Part shown: positions 23,801 to 34,416 of the stretch, piece by piece | Position numbering within the stretch: the stretch's first letter is position 1 | Layout of the letters: each line of letters opens with the position of its first letter | Assembly: GCA_024704765.1 (NCBI GenBank) | Contig: JAKMXF010000133.1 | Span: 372,001-436,000, forward strand | Direction: 5' to 3' | DNA: 64,000 nt | From: Oopsacas minuta | Lineage: Eukaryota; Animalia; Porifera | The notes under the pieces: model-generated | The model's input: only the letters and a program-made list of their open reading frames with translations | Told to the model about the DNA's origin: nothing | The model's database searches: none | Position numbers and translations under genes: made by a program

Positions 23801-25250
23801 CTGATTCAGACTCTTGTAGGACCGCTAGCATGGTATCCAAGAGGGTATGAAGGGGAGACCTGTCCCCCGGAGAGGACTTAGACCCTGATCCCGTCACCCC
23901 CTCACACAGACCGAGACAGATCGGCAGGAACTCTTCCAGCAGTACATATTGCCATGAAGATCTTTTCATTAATATTGGCAGCAGATGTTCAAATATCTGA
24001 TGTGCTATTATAAGAGTCAGTACATCTATCTAGTATATTATTATATTAACAATAATCATGTGCTGTAAGGATATGTAAGCTACCTTTTGAGGGGGAATAG
24101 AGTGTAGGAATTGTTTAACTCCGTGTCTAGCGTGACACGTGACAAGCACGAGTTTCTTCAAACACTGTAACAGATATCTGCTCTTCTGGAGCTCTCCTAT
24201 AGGCGGTGACATCATAGGAGAGTATCCCTTGATGGGATAGCGAAGAGGGAATTGACCGAAATTAACGATACACTCTTCATCCTTCCCAATAGTGAGTGAG
24301 GGAAAATATGCGTAACCTGGGCCTCTGTAGATATCGCGAAAAGCATCACCTAAGCTCCTCCCGTTTCTGTAGAAAGTAATAACACCATCGTCCATGTCTA
24401 TAGCACATCCAATGACGTCACCGAAGCACCACTCTTCACCATACTTCTCTATACTAGCATTCCATTTTAGTACTTTATGTCCATCGTATGCATATGAGTC
24501 AAGACACCATCCTACCCCCGTGTCTCCGTCGAATTGACAGTCAGCATTAGACCATCCTATCTGCAGGTTAGCTCCATTACTGCATATAGTAATCTAGAAG
24601 TAGTTTAATAAAATAGGTACCGTCGACTCCCATTATAGCGAAGGAACCGCGATAATTAGTTCGATATAACGGAAGTTGAGTGATGTAATCAATATAGTAC
24701 TTACCTCATACATCCATCTACCTCTGAACACACACGAGTTAGCAAGCACTGTGTCAGGACTAGATACTCTTAGCTGACATTCATGTGTCAGGTCATGTTT
24801 CCCTGAATACGGACTAACACATAAACACACCCTCTCTGCTCCTATACGTCCCTCAGGGAGTACACGATCCGGATCTTGACCCAACCCTCTCCTGGTTTGT
24901 GGTTGTTGTGTGGAGCTGCTAGTAGCCGGGGCAGAAGGGAATGTAACGTCGTTTGACGTGACGTGTTCTCCACTACCTGTTGGGCTAGAGTTGTTGGTAG
25001 GAATGAACATAGGGAACATACCATTAGGGAGAGGAAGTGACTGCAAACAGTTGCTAATGTAGTCTGGAAGATTCTCTAAATTGAGTTGTTTCCTCTTCCC
25101 AAGTTTATTCCTGAATGCCTCGTAATCCCTCGTAACACGACGTGTTGTCGGGTAGTTAGGATTTACATCAGCTTCTATGTCTTGATTGAAAATGTGGAAG
25201 AGAAGATTACCAATCTGTATTTCTTCCTCAGAGCTCACGGTCTTAGACAT
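20826..25250 (-). CDS. RNF123: E3 ubiquitin ligase RNF123/KPC1 (SPRY plus C-terminal RING), multi-exon
   Basis: SPRY: ANSCVFRGRWMYEV, GDVIGCAID.DDG.ITFYRNG, YFPSLTI, VNFGQFPLRYPIKGY. FLPEVYI. C3HC4 RING [38 protein letters not shown]. Confidence 0.92.
22387..22438. repeat. Mini hairpin element (15-bp inverted arms, CCCCTTGGGA core) in an RNF123 intron
   Basis: gtcggttataagaac ... gttcttataaccggc (1 mismatch); core gctactcccaagggg is the reverse complement of the core at 40749. Confidence 0.7.
22930..23008. mobile_element. MITE family A, right half, in an RNF123 intron
   Basis: ttgtacaaatatggccccaaacc...gcggtcccttgagcttcgatacacgggagt matches the 55033 copy. Confidence 0.7.
24620..24682. mobile_element. 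MITE family A, 63-bp internally deleted copy in RNF123 intron 1
   Basis: TIRs ccgtcgactcccattatagcgaa / ttcgatataacggaagttgagtg; shared core gaaccgcgataatta. Confidence 0.75.
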
Positions 25251-25546
25251 TGAGCTGGTTAGACAACAAAACTTCAAATAGTTGATCATGCAAGGAGAGT
25301 GAGTGAATCACATAATATACATACTGTAACGTATTTCCTTATACAATATACATTGTGATAACTTTAGCATGTTAAAAATGCTAACAAATTTACTGATTTG
25401 ATAACACAGGTTCATCGGTAATTATACCGGATTTTAGTGTAAAATTATTAAACATTGTATTTACATAAAACATAAAACCATTACTCAATTCACAAAGAAG
25501 GGAAACATCACTCAAAATATACAAATATGAATCGTTAAATTTATCT

Positions 25547-27169
25547 TCAGTTCTCGAATTTCATGGTTTGTAGTTTCGAGTTGCACTCCATTAGTGCAAG
25601 AGCATTGCTTCCGATACTCCGCTGTTCTAGGTCAGTACAGTTCCCAGAAATTGGATTAGATTCCCCTTGTATAGTAACACTAACTTCACAATAATACGTC
25701 ATAACATCACATGGATAAGGAAGACACACATAATTATCATTAGTCTTCAATGTGGATAAGTATACAGTGATGTCGTCTGTATTTCTACGTGTAATTAGTG
25801 AGAATATCTTAGAGGAGGTACTATCTGAAACATTGATAGGGAAATAGCATAAATTGAATGTAGGAGAATTTGTAACAGACAAGACAGCTGTATTATCATC
25901 ATCGATATTTTCTAATTTGTCTGCTTTATCGGAACTGTTAAACACAAGATCAGTTGTTGATATTTTCCCCAATTCTAGCATGGGACTAGTCGGTATTAAG
26001 TGTGAATACATAGACGTAGTAGAATATATCTTAATGCTGGGACTGCTGATCACTGGGATAGATAGAATAGTACGAGTATCTGTAGTCACTCGAGAAACAA
26101 ACCATGAGTTGTTGGTTAATAACAAAACAGCACCTCTGTCTAATAAGAGAGAGGATCTCCCTAGGTTTAACTCGAGATTGTGAACGGCAAGACGTGTATC
26201 ATTAGATAATGACCAGAGAATTGGATAGGTAAGATTCAATCCAGAACTGCTCTTATTCCATACACCATCTTTATAATAGAATAAAGTATATTTACTATTA
26301 CAGTTAGTAATATTAAAGTCAACAGAGCCATTTGATGAATATGTATATGCTACCATGCTAGGAATGAAGAAGGAACCATTGTGTATAAACGTATTAGGGA
26401 GTGTAAGCAAGTCGTTGATTGAATTATCGAACTGAGTTGTGTGTATAGACTGGATCATAGGCGAAATATCACAGCCTGACATCATAGGAGAATCACTATA
26501 CAGATTCTTGACATTGATAATATACACAATTTCTGATGGAGAATAGAAATTAACGGAAAGAGTAGAAGCATGAAAATACTCTGTTGAGATAGTAGAAATT
26601 GGATATTCCCCCTCTGGAATATCGTTAAGTCTTATTAAACCATTCATAGTAGTATTCTCAGGCAGATAATTACCAAATTGTATAGACACACCGGCTAATC
26701 CGGTCCTTGTGGAATTATTCAGATCTGAGGAGTTATACACCTGTAGAATAACTGAATGAAGTGATCTCTCGCATATAGCACACACACAGCTTGTGTTATA
26801 ATACAAATCAACAGCACCACAGTCAATAGGTAAAACTTGTGGAATAGATCTACAACAACACCTAGATCCTGTCAAACACTCCGTATCTTTACAGCCTGAA
26901 TCATAGCAATAAGGTATATGTAATGAGTTACTATCATTACAGGTAGGTGGCGGAATAAATGAACCATTAATTGATGAGTTAGCTAGACAATAATTAGATG
27001 AAATTTCTATAGGAGATGTGTAGGCAAATATTGTATTATCACAATCTTGATAAAATGGAAGTAGAAAGAAGATACCCACTATTAACACCTGAACAAGAAT
27101 GGAGAATAATACGACTAGGAATGCTGTAATGCAATAAAGACTGCTCTTACAAGTACTATTCTCTCCCAT
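25547..27169 (-). CDS. Type II membrane, Cys-rich glycoprotein resembling CILP (cartilage intermediate layer protein), intronless
   Basis: N-terminal TM helix; YCYDSGC..TEC...CCC...IDCG...SCVCAIC resembles the CILP YYDVGRC...CC...IQCSG...ECSCQRC block; carboxypeptidase-regulatory-like segment (GLAGVSI...TTMNGLIRL..IPEG); C-terminal LCYFPINV...VCLPYPC; many N-x-S/T sequons. ATG 27169 (the ORF-track TTG lies inside a MITE). Confidence 0.55.
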   Translation of the reverse strand: MGENSTCKSSLYCITAFLVVLFSILVQVLIVGIFFLLPFYQDCDNTIFAYTSPIEISSNYCLANSSINGSFIPPPTCNDSNSLHIPYCYDSGCKDTECLTGSRCCCRSIPQVLPIDCGAVDLYYNTSCVCAICERSLHSVILQVYNSSDLNNSTRTGLAGVSIQFGNYLPENTTMNGLIRLNDIPEGEYPISTISTEYFHASTLSVNFYSPSEIVYIINVKNLYSDSPMMSGCDISPMIQSIHTTQFDNSINDLLTLPNTFIHNGSFFIPSMVAYTYSSNGSVDFNITNCNSKYTLFYYKDGVWNKSSSGLNLTYPILWSLSNDTRLAVHNLELNLGRSSLLLDRGAVLLLTNNSWFVSRVTTDTRTILSIPVISSPSIKIYSTTSMYSHLIPTSPMLELGKISTTDLVFNSSDKADKLENIDDDNTAVLSVTNSPTFNLCYFPINVSDSTSSKIFSLITRRNTDDITVYLSTLKTNDNYVCLPYPCDVMTYYCEVSVTIQGESNPISGNCTDLEQRSIGSNALALMECNSKLQTMKFEN

Positions 27170-27225
27170 TGTGATACTAAAGCTAGTTGCATAAATAAAT
27201 AGTGATATCAAAATTACAATCAACA

Positions 27226-27393
27226 CAGTCAACTCCTATCATATCGAAGCTCAAGGGACCGCGATAATTACTTAGATATAATCGATGAAATAAATGTCAC
27301 TTTGACGGTTTAGGACCGCATTTGTATAATTTCAGACTTCTATATAAGCAGGTATTTCCATATATCCGTGTTCGATATAACAGGAGTTGACTG
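27226..27393. mobile_element. MITE family A, most intact copy (168 bp)
   Basis: 23-bp TIRs cagtcaactcctatcatatcgaa / ttcgatataacaggagttgactg, TA on the right flank. Confidence 0.85.
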
Positions 27394-27449
27394 TAAGCTA
27401 TTTTACCCATAATTATTAAGTAACATGTGTATATATACTCGGCAATTAG

Positions 27450-28214
27450 TTATAAATCAGACCTAACTTGGAATCCAGGTCCTTTAGGAGGTTCTGTTAG
27501 AGTAGTTAGTCCAGAGACAGGCTCTGCAGCAAATCTCCCATTTCTAGGACCAGCTTTAGGTGCCTCACCTTTAGCTAACGTATCAATAATCTCTTCCATA
27601 TCTGCTACAGTCAAATCTTCATAATAATTATCTCCTATCTGTACCATGGGAGCATTAACACAAGCTGCGAGACATTCTACCTCCGCTAAGCTGAACATAC
27701 CGTCTTTTGTAGTTTCTCCCATTTTAATATTGAGTTTCTTTTTAATACACTCAACTATAGAATCGCTATCTCTGAGCATACAAGGGGTTGTAGTACATAC
27801 TTGTATATGATATTTCCCAACTGGTTTACGGAAAAACATAGTGTAGAATGTCGCTACTTCATACACACGCATTTTAGCTAAACCCAGTAGATCAGCTGAT
27901 TTGTGCATGGCGGATAGAGGTAGCCAGCCATGTTGTCTCTGAGCTATGTCCAGGATTGGAATTATTGCAGCTGATTTATGACCATCGGGATAATTCTTAA
28001 GTATAGTGTCAATTCGCCTTAAGTTCTGTGGAGTAAACTCAAATGGTGTATCAGGATTATTTTCATTTGTATCTCTATGCACTACAAGTCCTCCATGGCT
28101 CCTTAATGCACTAGATGTATTGATTAATTGTGCTGTATTGTGTGGAGGAAATACTCTATAGGAACTGCGAAGCAACTTGAGTGTATATGTGAGAGATGAC
28201 AATCTGTATGTCAT
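27450..28214 (-). CDS. NDUFV2: Mitochondrial complex I 24-kDa subunit (2Fe-2S), intronless
   Basis: Presequence-like N-terminus; [63 protein letters not shown]. Confidence 0.97.
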   Translation of the reverse strand: MTYRLSSLTYTLKLLRSSYRVFPPHNTAQLINTSSALRSHGGLVVHRDTNENNPDTPFEFTPQNLRRIDTILKNYPDGHKSAAIIPILDIAQRQHGWLPLSAMHKSADLLGLAKMRVYEVATFYTMFFRKPVGKYHIQVCTTTPCMLRDSDSIVECIKKKLNIKMGETTKDGMFSLAEVECLAACVNAPMVQIGDNYYEDLTVADMEEIIDTLAKGEAPKAGPRNGRFAAEPVSGLTTLTEPPKGPGFQVRSDL

Positions 28215-28616
28215 TCTAAATAATGGCTACGTGAAGTACGTACAAATAGTAAATCCTATATCACCAGAATTATAGTTATCCTTTTGTCAATTCGTACACA
28301 CAAATTATTAACTAGAGTTATATTATTGACTCAAAATCCTATGATTACGGCTGTAATATTAGATAGCATCATTAGTATGTATGTTTTGTTAGGCTGTACG
28401 TTGGTGAAATGCGTGAATACGAGTCTAGTAGATCTGGCGTGCATATTACCATACATATTCTGATGTAATGCTTGTATTTTATAGAAATAATCGATTCGTT
28501 ATGATGATTGTTTAGTTCAGAAGCAAATATACAATACACAGGTTATACAAGAATTCAAAGCTTATAAGAATGGGGAATTAATTAATAGACTTTGTCGGGG
28601 TAGTTAATTACATTAG

Positions 28617-29332
28617 TTAGGTGCTAGCTAGATCTGTGAGAAGTTTCATTACTGCAGTTCCCATTGTAGGATCTTGATTGCCTTCTATTGAGAAGGATAT
28701 CTTGTGTAAATACGGCTGTAGTGTAGAATAACTTGAGTCAAATATGGAAGATAAATCGTCTTTCCTCGGATTCTTAGGAAGGTATTGGAATCTACTGATA
28801 ATCTGTCCTACCTCCATAACCCTATCTTTCAGAATCTCACATAGAGATTCTCTGTGTAGTCTACGATCTGCTTCTGAGGGAAAGTATAAAATCTGAATTT
28901 TGATAGTCCATAATTCCCAGGGGATCTAATCAGTGATTGTATATAATAAATTGTACAACAGGGGTATCTAGTTAATACGAACACGATTAATATAAATTTC
29001 AGGATAAGAGGAACAGAAAATCATTCAATTGGAATTACTCCGCATGAATCGGACAAATTCGACCAGCCCTATGTGTCATTACTGTATTCCAAATTTTCTA
29101 AAAAAGGAAACTATAATGACGTAATAGGTATATTAGAGAGTCAATATATTAGCATTATTATTATTATAGTTTAGGACTTAATAAATGGAAGTGGTTAGTA
29201 GAGCTATTAATTATACATTCCTGATAAGCGACACTAGGCCTTGGAGGCAATACAATTACAGACAATAGAGTATGTGGATTGAAGAGATAATTGATCATAC
29301 ATACACAACCCACACACATCACCACTAAGACA

Positions 29333-29367
<35 letters not shown>

Positions 29368-31134
29368 TTAAATATCATTTTGTACTTTCCTCTCTCTTTA
29401 TTATGTTTAATGCATGAAGGATATTCTAATCCATTCTCCCCGTACAGTAAGGCAATGCGTTATGTCCCAGTGTTAAGGTGTCCTATGTGTATATTTGGAG
29501 TGACAGTGTTATTACCGTTTAGATTAATTACTATTACAATCGCATTGGCAGTTTGTTATGTGTTCGCTAAAATTGGCTTAATAAATACTAAGCATGTAAA
29601 AAAACCTCCTACAGGGTGGCGTAATGCAATCGCAGTACGGGGAATCAGTTTTGTAGTTTGGATAACGATGTTCTTCTGCGGATTCTACAGAATCAAGATT
29701 AAAGGTGTACGACCAGCAGGTTCATATGTGACTCCTGTCTATGTAGCAGCACCCAGGAGCAATTTCCTCAATGCTCTCCTTCCTTTTCTACTGAGAGCAT
29801 CTCCAGTGTATAATCAAAATGTAAGAAGAATACCGATAATAGGTTCTATCTCAAAGGCTATGAGAGCTGTCCTGTACAAAGGCAAACATTATACACCAGA
29901 AATGGTAGAAGATATGAACAGACGCAAGAGAGAAACTGGATGGCTACCTATTTTAATATTCCCAGAAGAAGTTTACACCAACGGAGCTACTCTAATACAC
30001 TTCCCTACAGAACTATTCCAAATAATGACACCAGTACAACCAGTAGCAATATCTTATTCCAGCAGTGCCAAGAGCAGAACAGTAAATCAATCCATTAGCA
30101 TTTGCTTGCTTCTACGAATACTATGTAGATTCAAACATAGTATAACAATAAAGTATTTAGATGTTGTATATCCAGATACCGGGAATGAGAATGCTATAGA
30201 GTTTACTAGGAGAGTAAGAGACAAGCTAGCTGATTCATTAGGCGTATACACGTCAGAACATTCTAAAGAGGATATACAGCTTATGACATCAGCACGGAGA
30301 TTAGGACTACCTCCTCTGACAGGGGTGGTAGAGTTCATGGCTCTAAAGAAGGAATTTGATAGCTTAACGTTAGAAATTGCAGAGAAAGAGTTAGTAAGAT
30401 TCTGCCAGATAGACAGAAGAAGTAGAGGGTGTATTTCGCTAGTAGATTTTGCGCATTTCCTCAAAGAGACGACTAGTCAAGCAAACAGTTTGTTTAAGAA
30501 CTACAAATTAGATGATAACGGGTGTCTTTCATTCAGGAACTTCTTAGAGGGGAACCTAGGACAGAGTAGCGGTCCGTTACTGTCTCCTATAGAGGAGGGT
30601 GGGGAGAAAGGGGGAAGGAAACGTCCTACTAACATGCTAATACAGAGACACTCAAAGTCTGAAATCTACAATTAGTATAATTATTTGTTCTACGTTGTTA
30701 CTTGCACACTGCTCTGCATACATTCGTAATTTGCACATAACACATACATGCTTATTATAAATTGAATAGAAGTTTGAACTTACTTGCTCTGAAGGGAATA
30801 GCCATAGAGCTCTTTTCTTCTCAAAGAATTCTAAACTTAAGACTAAAGATTTCAATCCTTTAGTTCTATGCATTTCTTGTAATAAATTAGCGACTTCCTT
30901 CCTGACATGTCTGTCAAGCTCTGAGCTGTCGTTCTGTACATAAACATAGTCAATATTTTGACACTCCGTGTCTCTATAACCAACTGTACCAATAGTGAAT
31001 GTTCCTTCTGGTTGTAGGAACGAGAATTTCCCCTGAGTACGATGGAATAGGATTGTGTGTAACAGACATAGACACACATCCTCAACCTCTCCCGTATCAA
31101 CACCAATATCAATAGTATACGTTTGTGTATTCAT
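28617..31134 (-). CDS. ATG101: Autophagy-related protein 101 (HORMA), 2 exons: 31134-30784 and 28925-28617
   Basis: LLHTILFHRTQGKF, GTFTIGTVG, SLEFFEKK; exon 2 IPWELWTIK...QYLPK...LQPYLHKISF; phase-0 GTAAGT/TTAG junction gives an in-frame join. Confidence 0.93.
29336..29364. repeat. (TA)n microsatellite, about 14 units
   Basis: Perfect dinucleotide run just upstream of the LPCAT-like gene. Confidence 0.95.
29410..30675 (+). CDS. LPCAT1/2-like acyltransferase-fold protein with EF-hand and a degenerate active site; intronless, antisense-nested in the ATG101 intron
   Basis: LPCAT-type N-terminus (NPF...LLPFRL..TM...KPPTGWR), ILIFPE, PVQPVAI.Y, EF-hand-like QIDRRSRGCISLVDF; HxxxxD motif reads RSNFLN. 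Confidence 0.85.
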   Translation: MHEGYSNPFSPYSKAMRYVPVLRCPMCIFGVTVLLPFRLITITIALAVCYVFAKIGLINTKHVKKPPTGWRNAIAVRGISFVVWITMFFCGFYRIKIKGVRPAGSYVTPVYVAAPRSNFLNALLPFLLRASPVYNQNVRRIPIIGSISKAMRAVLYKGKHYTPEMVEDMNRRKRETGWLPILIFPEEVYTNGATLIHFPTELFQIMTPVQPVAISYSSSAKSRTVNQSISICLLLRILCRFKHSITIKYLDVVYPDTGNENAIEFTRRVRDKLADSLGVYTSEHSKEDIQLMTSARRLGLPPLTGVVEFMALKKEFDSLTLEIAEKELVRFCQIDRRSRGCISLVDFAHFLKETTSQANSLFKNYKLDDNGCLSFRNFLEGNLGQSSGPLLSPIEEGGEKGGRKRPTNMLIQRHSKSEIYN

Positions 31135-31163
31135 TCTAAGCAATAGGAGAATAATACTTATTA

Positions 31164-31206
31164 CAGTCAACTCCTGTTATATCAAACGGGACCACGATAA
31201 TTACTA
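31164..31206. mobile_element. MITE family A, left-end fragment, 30 bp upstream of the ATG101 start
   Basis: ta-cagtcaactcctgttatatcaaacgggaccacgataatta. Confidence 0.75.
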
Positions 31207-31363
31207 AATAAATACTATGACGTCATATAATTGAATATAGAAATAAGTCAAATAACAAAGAAATTCTAAGCACTATTATGCTACTATATAGATATCGCAT
31301 TCATACACATATTTTCGATAAATCCTATCACACAAATAACTACAGCTAGACAGTCATAATGTA

Positions 31364-34300
31364 CTACACAGCTGCTCCTCTCTTCTCAGCAACAGTTCTA
31401 ATAAACTCTACATGACTAGCATACAACTGTAGCTGTTTGTTAATCTCTATCCACGTTACAGCACCAGCATCATCTCCAGCTTGTAGCTTCACGCGGTTAA
31501 ACGCTTCTCCTGTGTCGTCATGGAAGTTAACAGCTACTGTCTCCATCCAAGCGTTATCAGTGTTACGAGGGTCATCTACGTATCCAGCGTATATATGTAA
31601 TCCCTGGTCCTTAAATAGATTACCTGCAAGCTGATGTAAAAAGAATCATACAAAAGTAAATAGGAACTAACTTATTTGTTGCTCAATTTTCTTTTTCTCA
31701 TCGACAGATGCTTCCAGAGAATTCATAGCTTCTTCTCCAAATTCCTTCTTGAGTGTAGCAGATACAGTATCACCTGCCTCGACCATACCCCCGGGTATAG
31801 CCCATTCACCGCTGTCCTTCCTCTTTATCCCTACAAACTCTAGCACCCCTTTCTCTTCCCTGACCATTTTTTCACCAGTAGGAGACCTCTTCCATCTGGT
31901 GACAATAGGATCAGCTGCATGGTTAGGTCCCCACCTTCCGAGAAGACCACGTCCTGTCAGACCAGTTCTACCCACTGGGTTCCTTGGTAGACAATCTACT
32001 ACGTTATAAGGACCGTTATGACTGTGTCTATCAATCTAAATACAAAAGTATAAAAGCAGATTTAAGTAGAAATAATTCAAATTATAAAACAAATAGCAAT
32101 GTTAATTCAATTAATATCAATCTTAAGAAGATTAGCAAACACTTCCTTCCCTACAGGAATATTCCCAATCTCTCTAAGCAGTCTCTTCCCCTCTCTCTGT
32201 CTCTCCAGCAGTCTCTTATGTCTGCTAGGATCAGCTGCATGGAGCTTAGCTGTCACGTTTTTCCTATACGGAGGTATATTCTGTCTCGCAAATACTCTCC
32301 CATCGTAAGCTGCTTGTATAGCTATTTGGAATTGTTGTCTAGGCAGACTACGTGCTAGCTCCTTACACATAGCTTTACCTCTCTGCTCTGCTCTATTTCT
32401 ATGTTCTAGTGCTGATATAGCATCTACTCGTTTCTTGTTAAGCAATATATCCAGCTTAACAATATCGCTTTCTTGATAGCCAGCATCTTCATAGTCAAAA
32501 GTACCATATCCTCTAGTTAGTGCCTTTACACGCCCGAAAAAATCAGTGATAACTTCCGAAAGTGGGAGGAAGAACTTTAGCATAGCTCTCTCCTCAGAGA
32601 GGAAAGAGAGGTGTTGCTGTTTACCTCTTCTTTGTAAACACAAATCGATTAACATCCCCATGCATTCACTAGGAAATATGAGAGTAGCTAACACAGTAGG
32701 TTCTGATACAGATATTATAGTGTTAGATTCTGGGAATTCAGATGGCCTCGTCACAACAATCTCCACTCTCTTATTTCCTGATTTTATAATAGCTCTGTAA
32801 GGAACAGATGGTGACGTAACGATAACTGAAGTGTTAAATTCCTCCTCCAATCTCTGCAGGAACACTTCTAAGTGCAGTCTACCTAGGAATCCAATTCTCC
32901 AACCTCTCCCCATTGCATCGCTCTGCTCATGCTCTACTGTAACGCTAGGATCATTTAGAGTTAACTTATCTAATGCAGTCTCCAATTCAATCAGCTGATC
33001 AATTGATTCAGGATACAATCCACAGAACACCATTGGTTGCATAGGCTTGAATCCAGGGAGAGGTTGCATGGAAGATTTCTTAGAAGTGTGACACAAGGTA
33101 TCGCCCATTTTAGCCTCTTTTACTTGTTTCATTGGTACAATCAGATAACCAACTTGACCTGCGAATAACCGCGAGGCTGGTATCTTATTGGGTCTTAACA
33201 CGCCCACTCTCTGTACTTCATACTGACAGCCTGTCTGTAAGAATGATACAGCATCTCCCTGAGCTACTGAACCGTCAAGAACCGCGATTTGACAGATGAC
33301 ACCTGAAAACTTCTCAAACCAAGAGTCAATTAAAATGGCTTTAAGCGGTGCATTCCTATAAGCCATTGGAGGTGGTACTAGCTCTAGAATAGCAGGTAAC
33401 AGCTTATCAACACCTGTACCAATCTTAGCTGAGCATGGAAACACATGATCAGGTATAACACCTAACATATTTGTTACCTCTTCTAGACAGCTGTCTACAT
33501 CAGCTGATTTCATATCAATCTTATTTAACACTGGGATAACTGTTATTCCAGATTCCTGTGATAGCAGGAAATTAGCTACTGTTTGAGCCTGTACACCTTG
33601 CTGTGCATCTATTACCAGGAGAGCTCCTTGACAAGCAGCTAGTGACCTACTCACTTCATAAGAGAAGTCTACATGACCTGGAGTATCAATCAGGTTCAAT
33701 AGATACTCTTTGCCACCAAAGGAATGCAGCATTGAAGCAGTTTGAGCCTTGACAGTTATGCCTCGATCTCTCTCCACCTTTAGTCGGTCTAGAACTTGCT
33801 TGTTATTAGTACCACTGGGAATAGTATGCGTTATCTCTAGCAGACGGTCAGCAAGCGTACTCTTACCGTGATCAACATGTGCTATTATACAGAAGTTACG
33901 AATACGATCTGGTGTGAATCTTTCCAAGTTAAGTTCAATCGTTTCTGTCTTGGAAAAGTAACGAGTATATTCATTTCGTAAGAATTTGAAGTTATACGTC
34001 ATAATTTCTCTGCAGTGACCAATCCGTAACATTTGTAGACTAATATTAAGTTAATATATTATACAAGTAATTACAGTATTGATAGCATTGTGATAAGTTA
34101 TAAATAGGAAGTATTAGCCAAATTTATTAGTTTAATTACAACAAACCTTTCCATCTATCTGATTGAACGTATTTATCTTGGCTGTGTTGTCAGGTGCCAT
34201 AAGATCAGGATCAGCCCAGACAGGTCCCTTCAGTACAGGAGGTGCTGTATACTGAATAGGTTTATAATCGCTCCATTCTACTTTCCAACTCACTTTATCA

Positions 34301-34416
34301 TCAGGGACTGAGGTTCTAGTTGGATCATCAGCAGCACGACCTGGATACACTAGACACCGTGCCTTGATATGAGTAGAGGGGAGATGTACGTGAGAAAGAG
34401 GATCGGCTACTGCCAT
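31364..34416 (-). CDS. NUDT9: ADP-ribose pyrophosphatase NUDT9, 3 exons: 34416 (or 34557)-34147, 32035-31672, 31623-31364
   Basis: [77 protein letters not shown]; splice phases consistent. Confidence 0.95.
32107..34032 (-). CDS. GUF1: Mitochondrial translation factor GUF1 (EF4/LepA), intronless, same-strand nested in NUDT9 intron 1
   Basis: [60 protein letters not shown]; N-terminal presequence-like extension. Confidence 0.96.
   Translation of the reverse strand: MLRIGHCREIMTYNFKFLRNEYTRYFSKTETIELNLERFTPDRIRNFCIIAHVDHGKSTLADRLLEITHTIPSGTNNKQVLDRLKVERDRGITVKAQTASMLHSFGGKEYLLNLIDTPGHVDFSYEVSRSLAACQGALLVIDAQQGVQAQTVANFLLSQESGITVIPVLNKIDMKSADVDSCLEEVTNMLGVIPDHVFPCSAKIGTGVDKLLPAILELVPPPMAYRNAPLKAILIDSWFEKFSGVICQIAVLDGSVAQGDAVSFLQTGCQYEVQRVGVLRPNKIPASRLFAGQVGYLIVPMKQVKEAKMGDTLCHTSKKSSMQPLPGFKPMQPMVFCGLYPESIDQLIELETALDKLTLNDPSVTVEHEQSDAMGRGWRIGFLGRLHLEVFLQRLEEEFNTSVIVTSPSVPYRAIIKSGNKRVEIVVTRPSEFPESNTIISVSEPTVLATLIFPSECMGMLIDLCLQRRGKQQHLSFLSEERAMLKFFLPLSEVITDFFGRVKALTRGYGTFDYEDAGYQESDIVKLDILLNKKRVDAISALEHRNRAEQRGKAMCKELARSLPRQQFQIAIQAAYDGRVFARQNIPPYRKNVTAKLHAADPSRHKRLLERQREGKRLLREIGNIPVGKEVFANLLKIDIN

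Noticed and set aside
27170-27232. ORF-track TTG/GTG starts (also 31170, 6905, 8770, 35907, 16715, 53788)
   Set aside because: Artefacts of allowing bacterial start codons; several lie in MITE ends or introns. Downstream ATGs or splice acceptors fit the homologs.
28380-28520. Possible C/D-box snoRNA or SL RNA between ATG101 and NDUFV2
   Set aside because: No convincing C/D box pairing with a terminal stem, and no donor plus Sm-site arrangement.
32107-34032. Bacterial lepA or horizontal transfer
   Set aside because: The N-terminal presequence-like extension and eukaryotic context fit ordinary nuclear-encoded mitochondrial GUF1; the same reasoning applies to NDUFV2 versus nuoE.
34040-34147. 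NUDT9 exon 1-GUF1 fusion protein by cis-splicing
   Set aside because: The phase-0 donor joined to the AG at 34041-34040 is out of frame with GUF1 and reaches a stop within about 16 codons.
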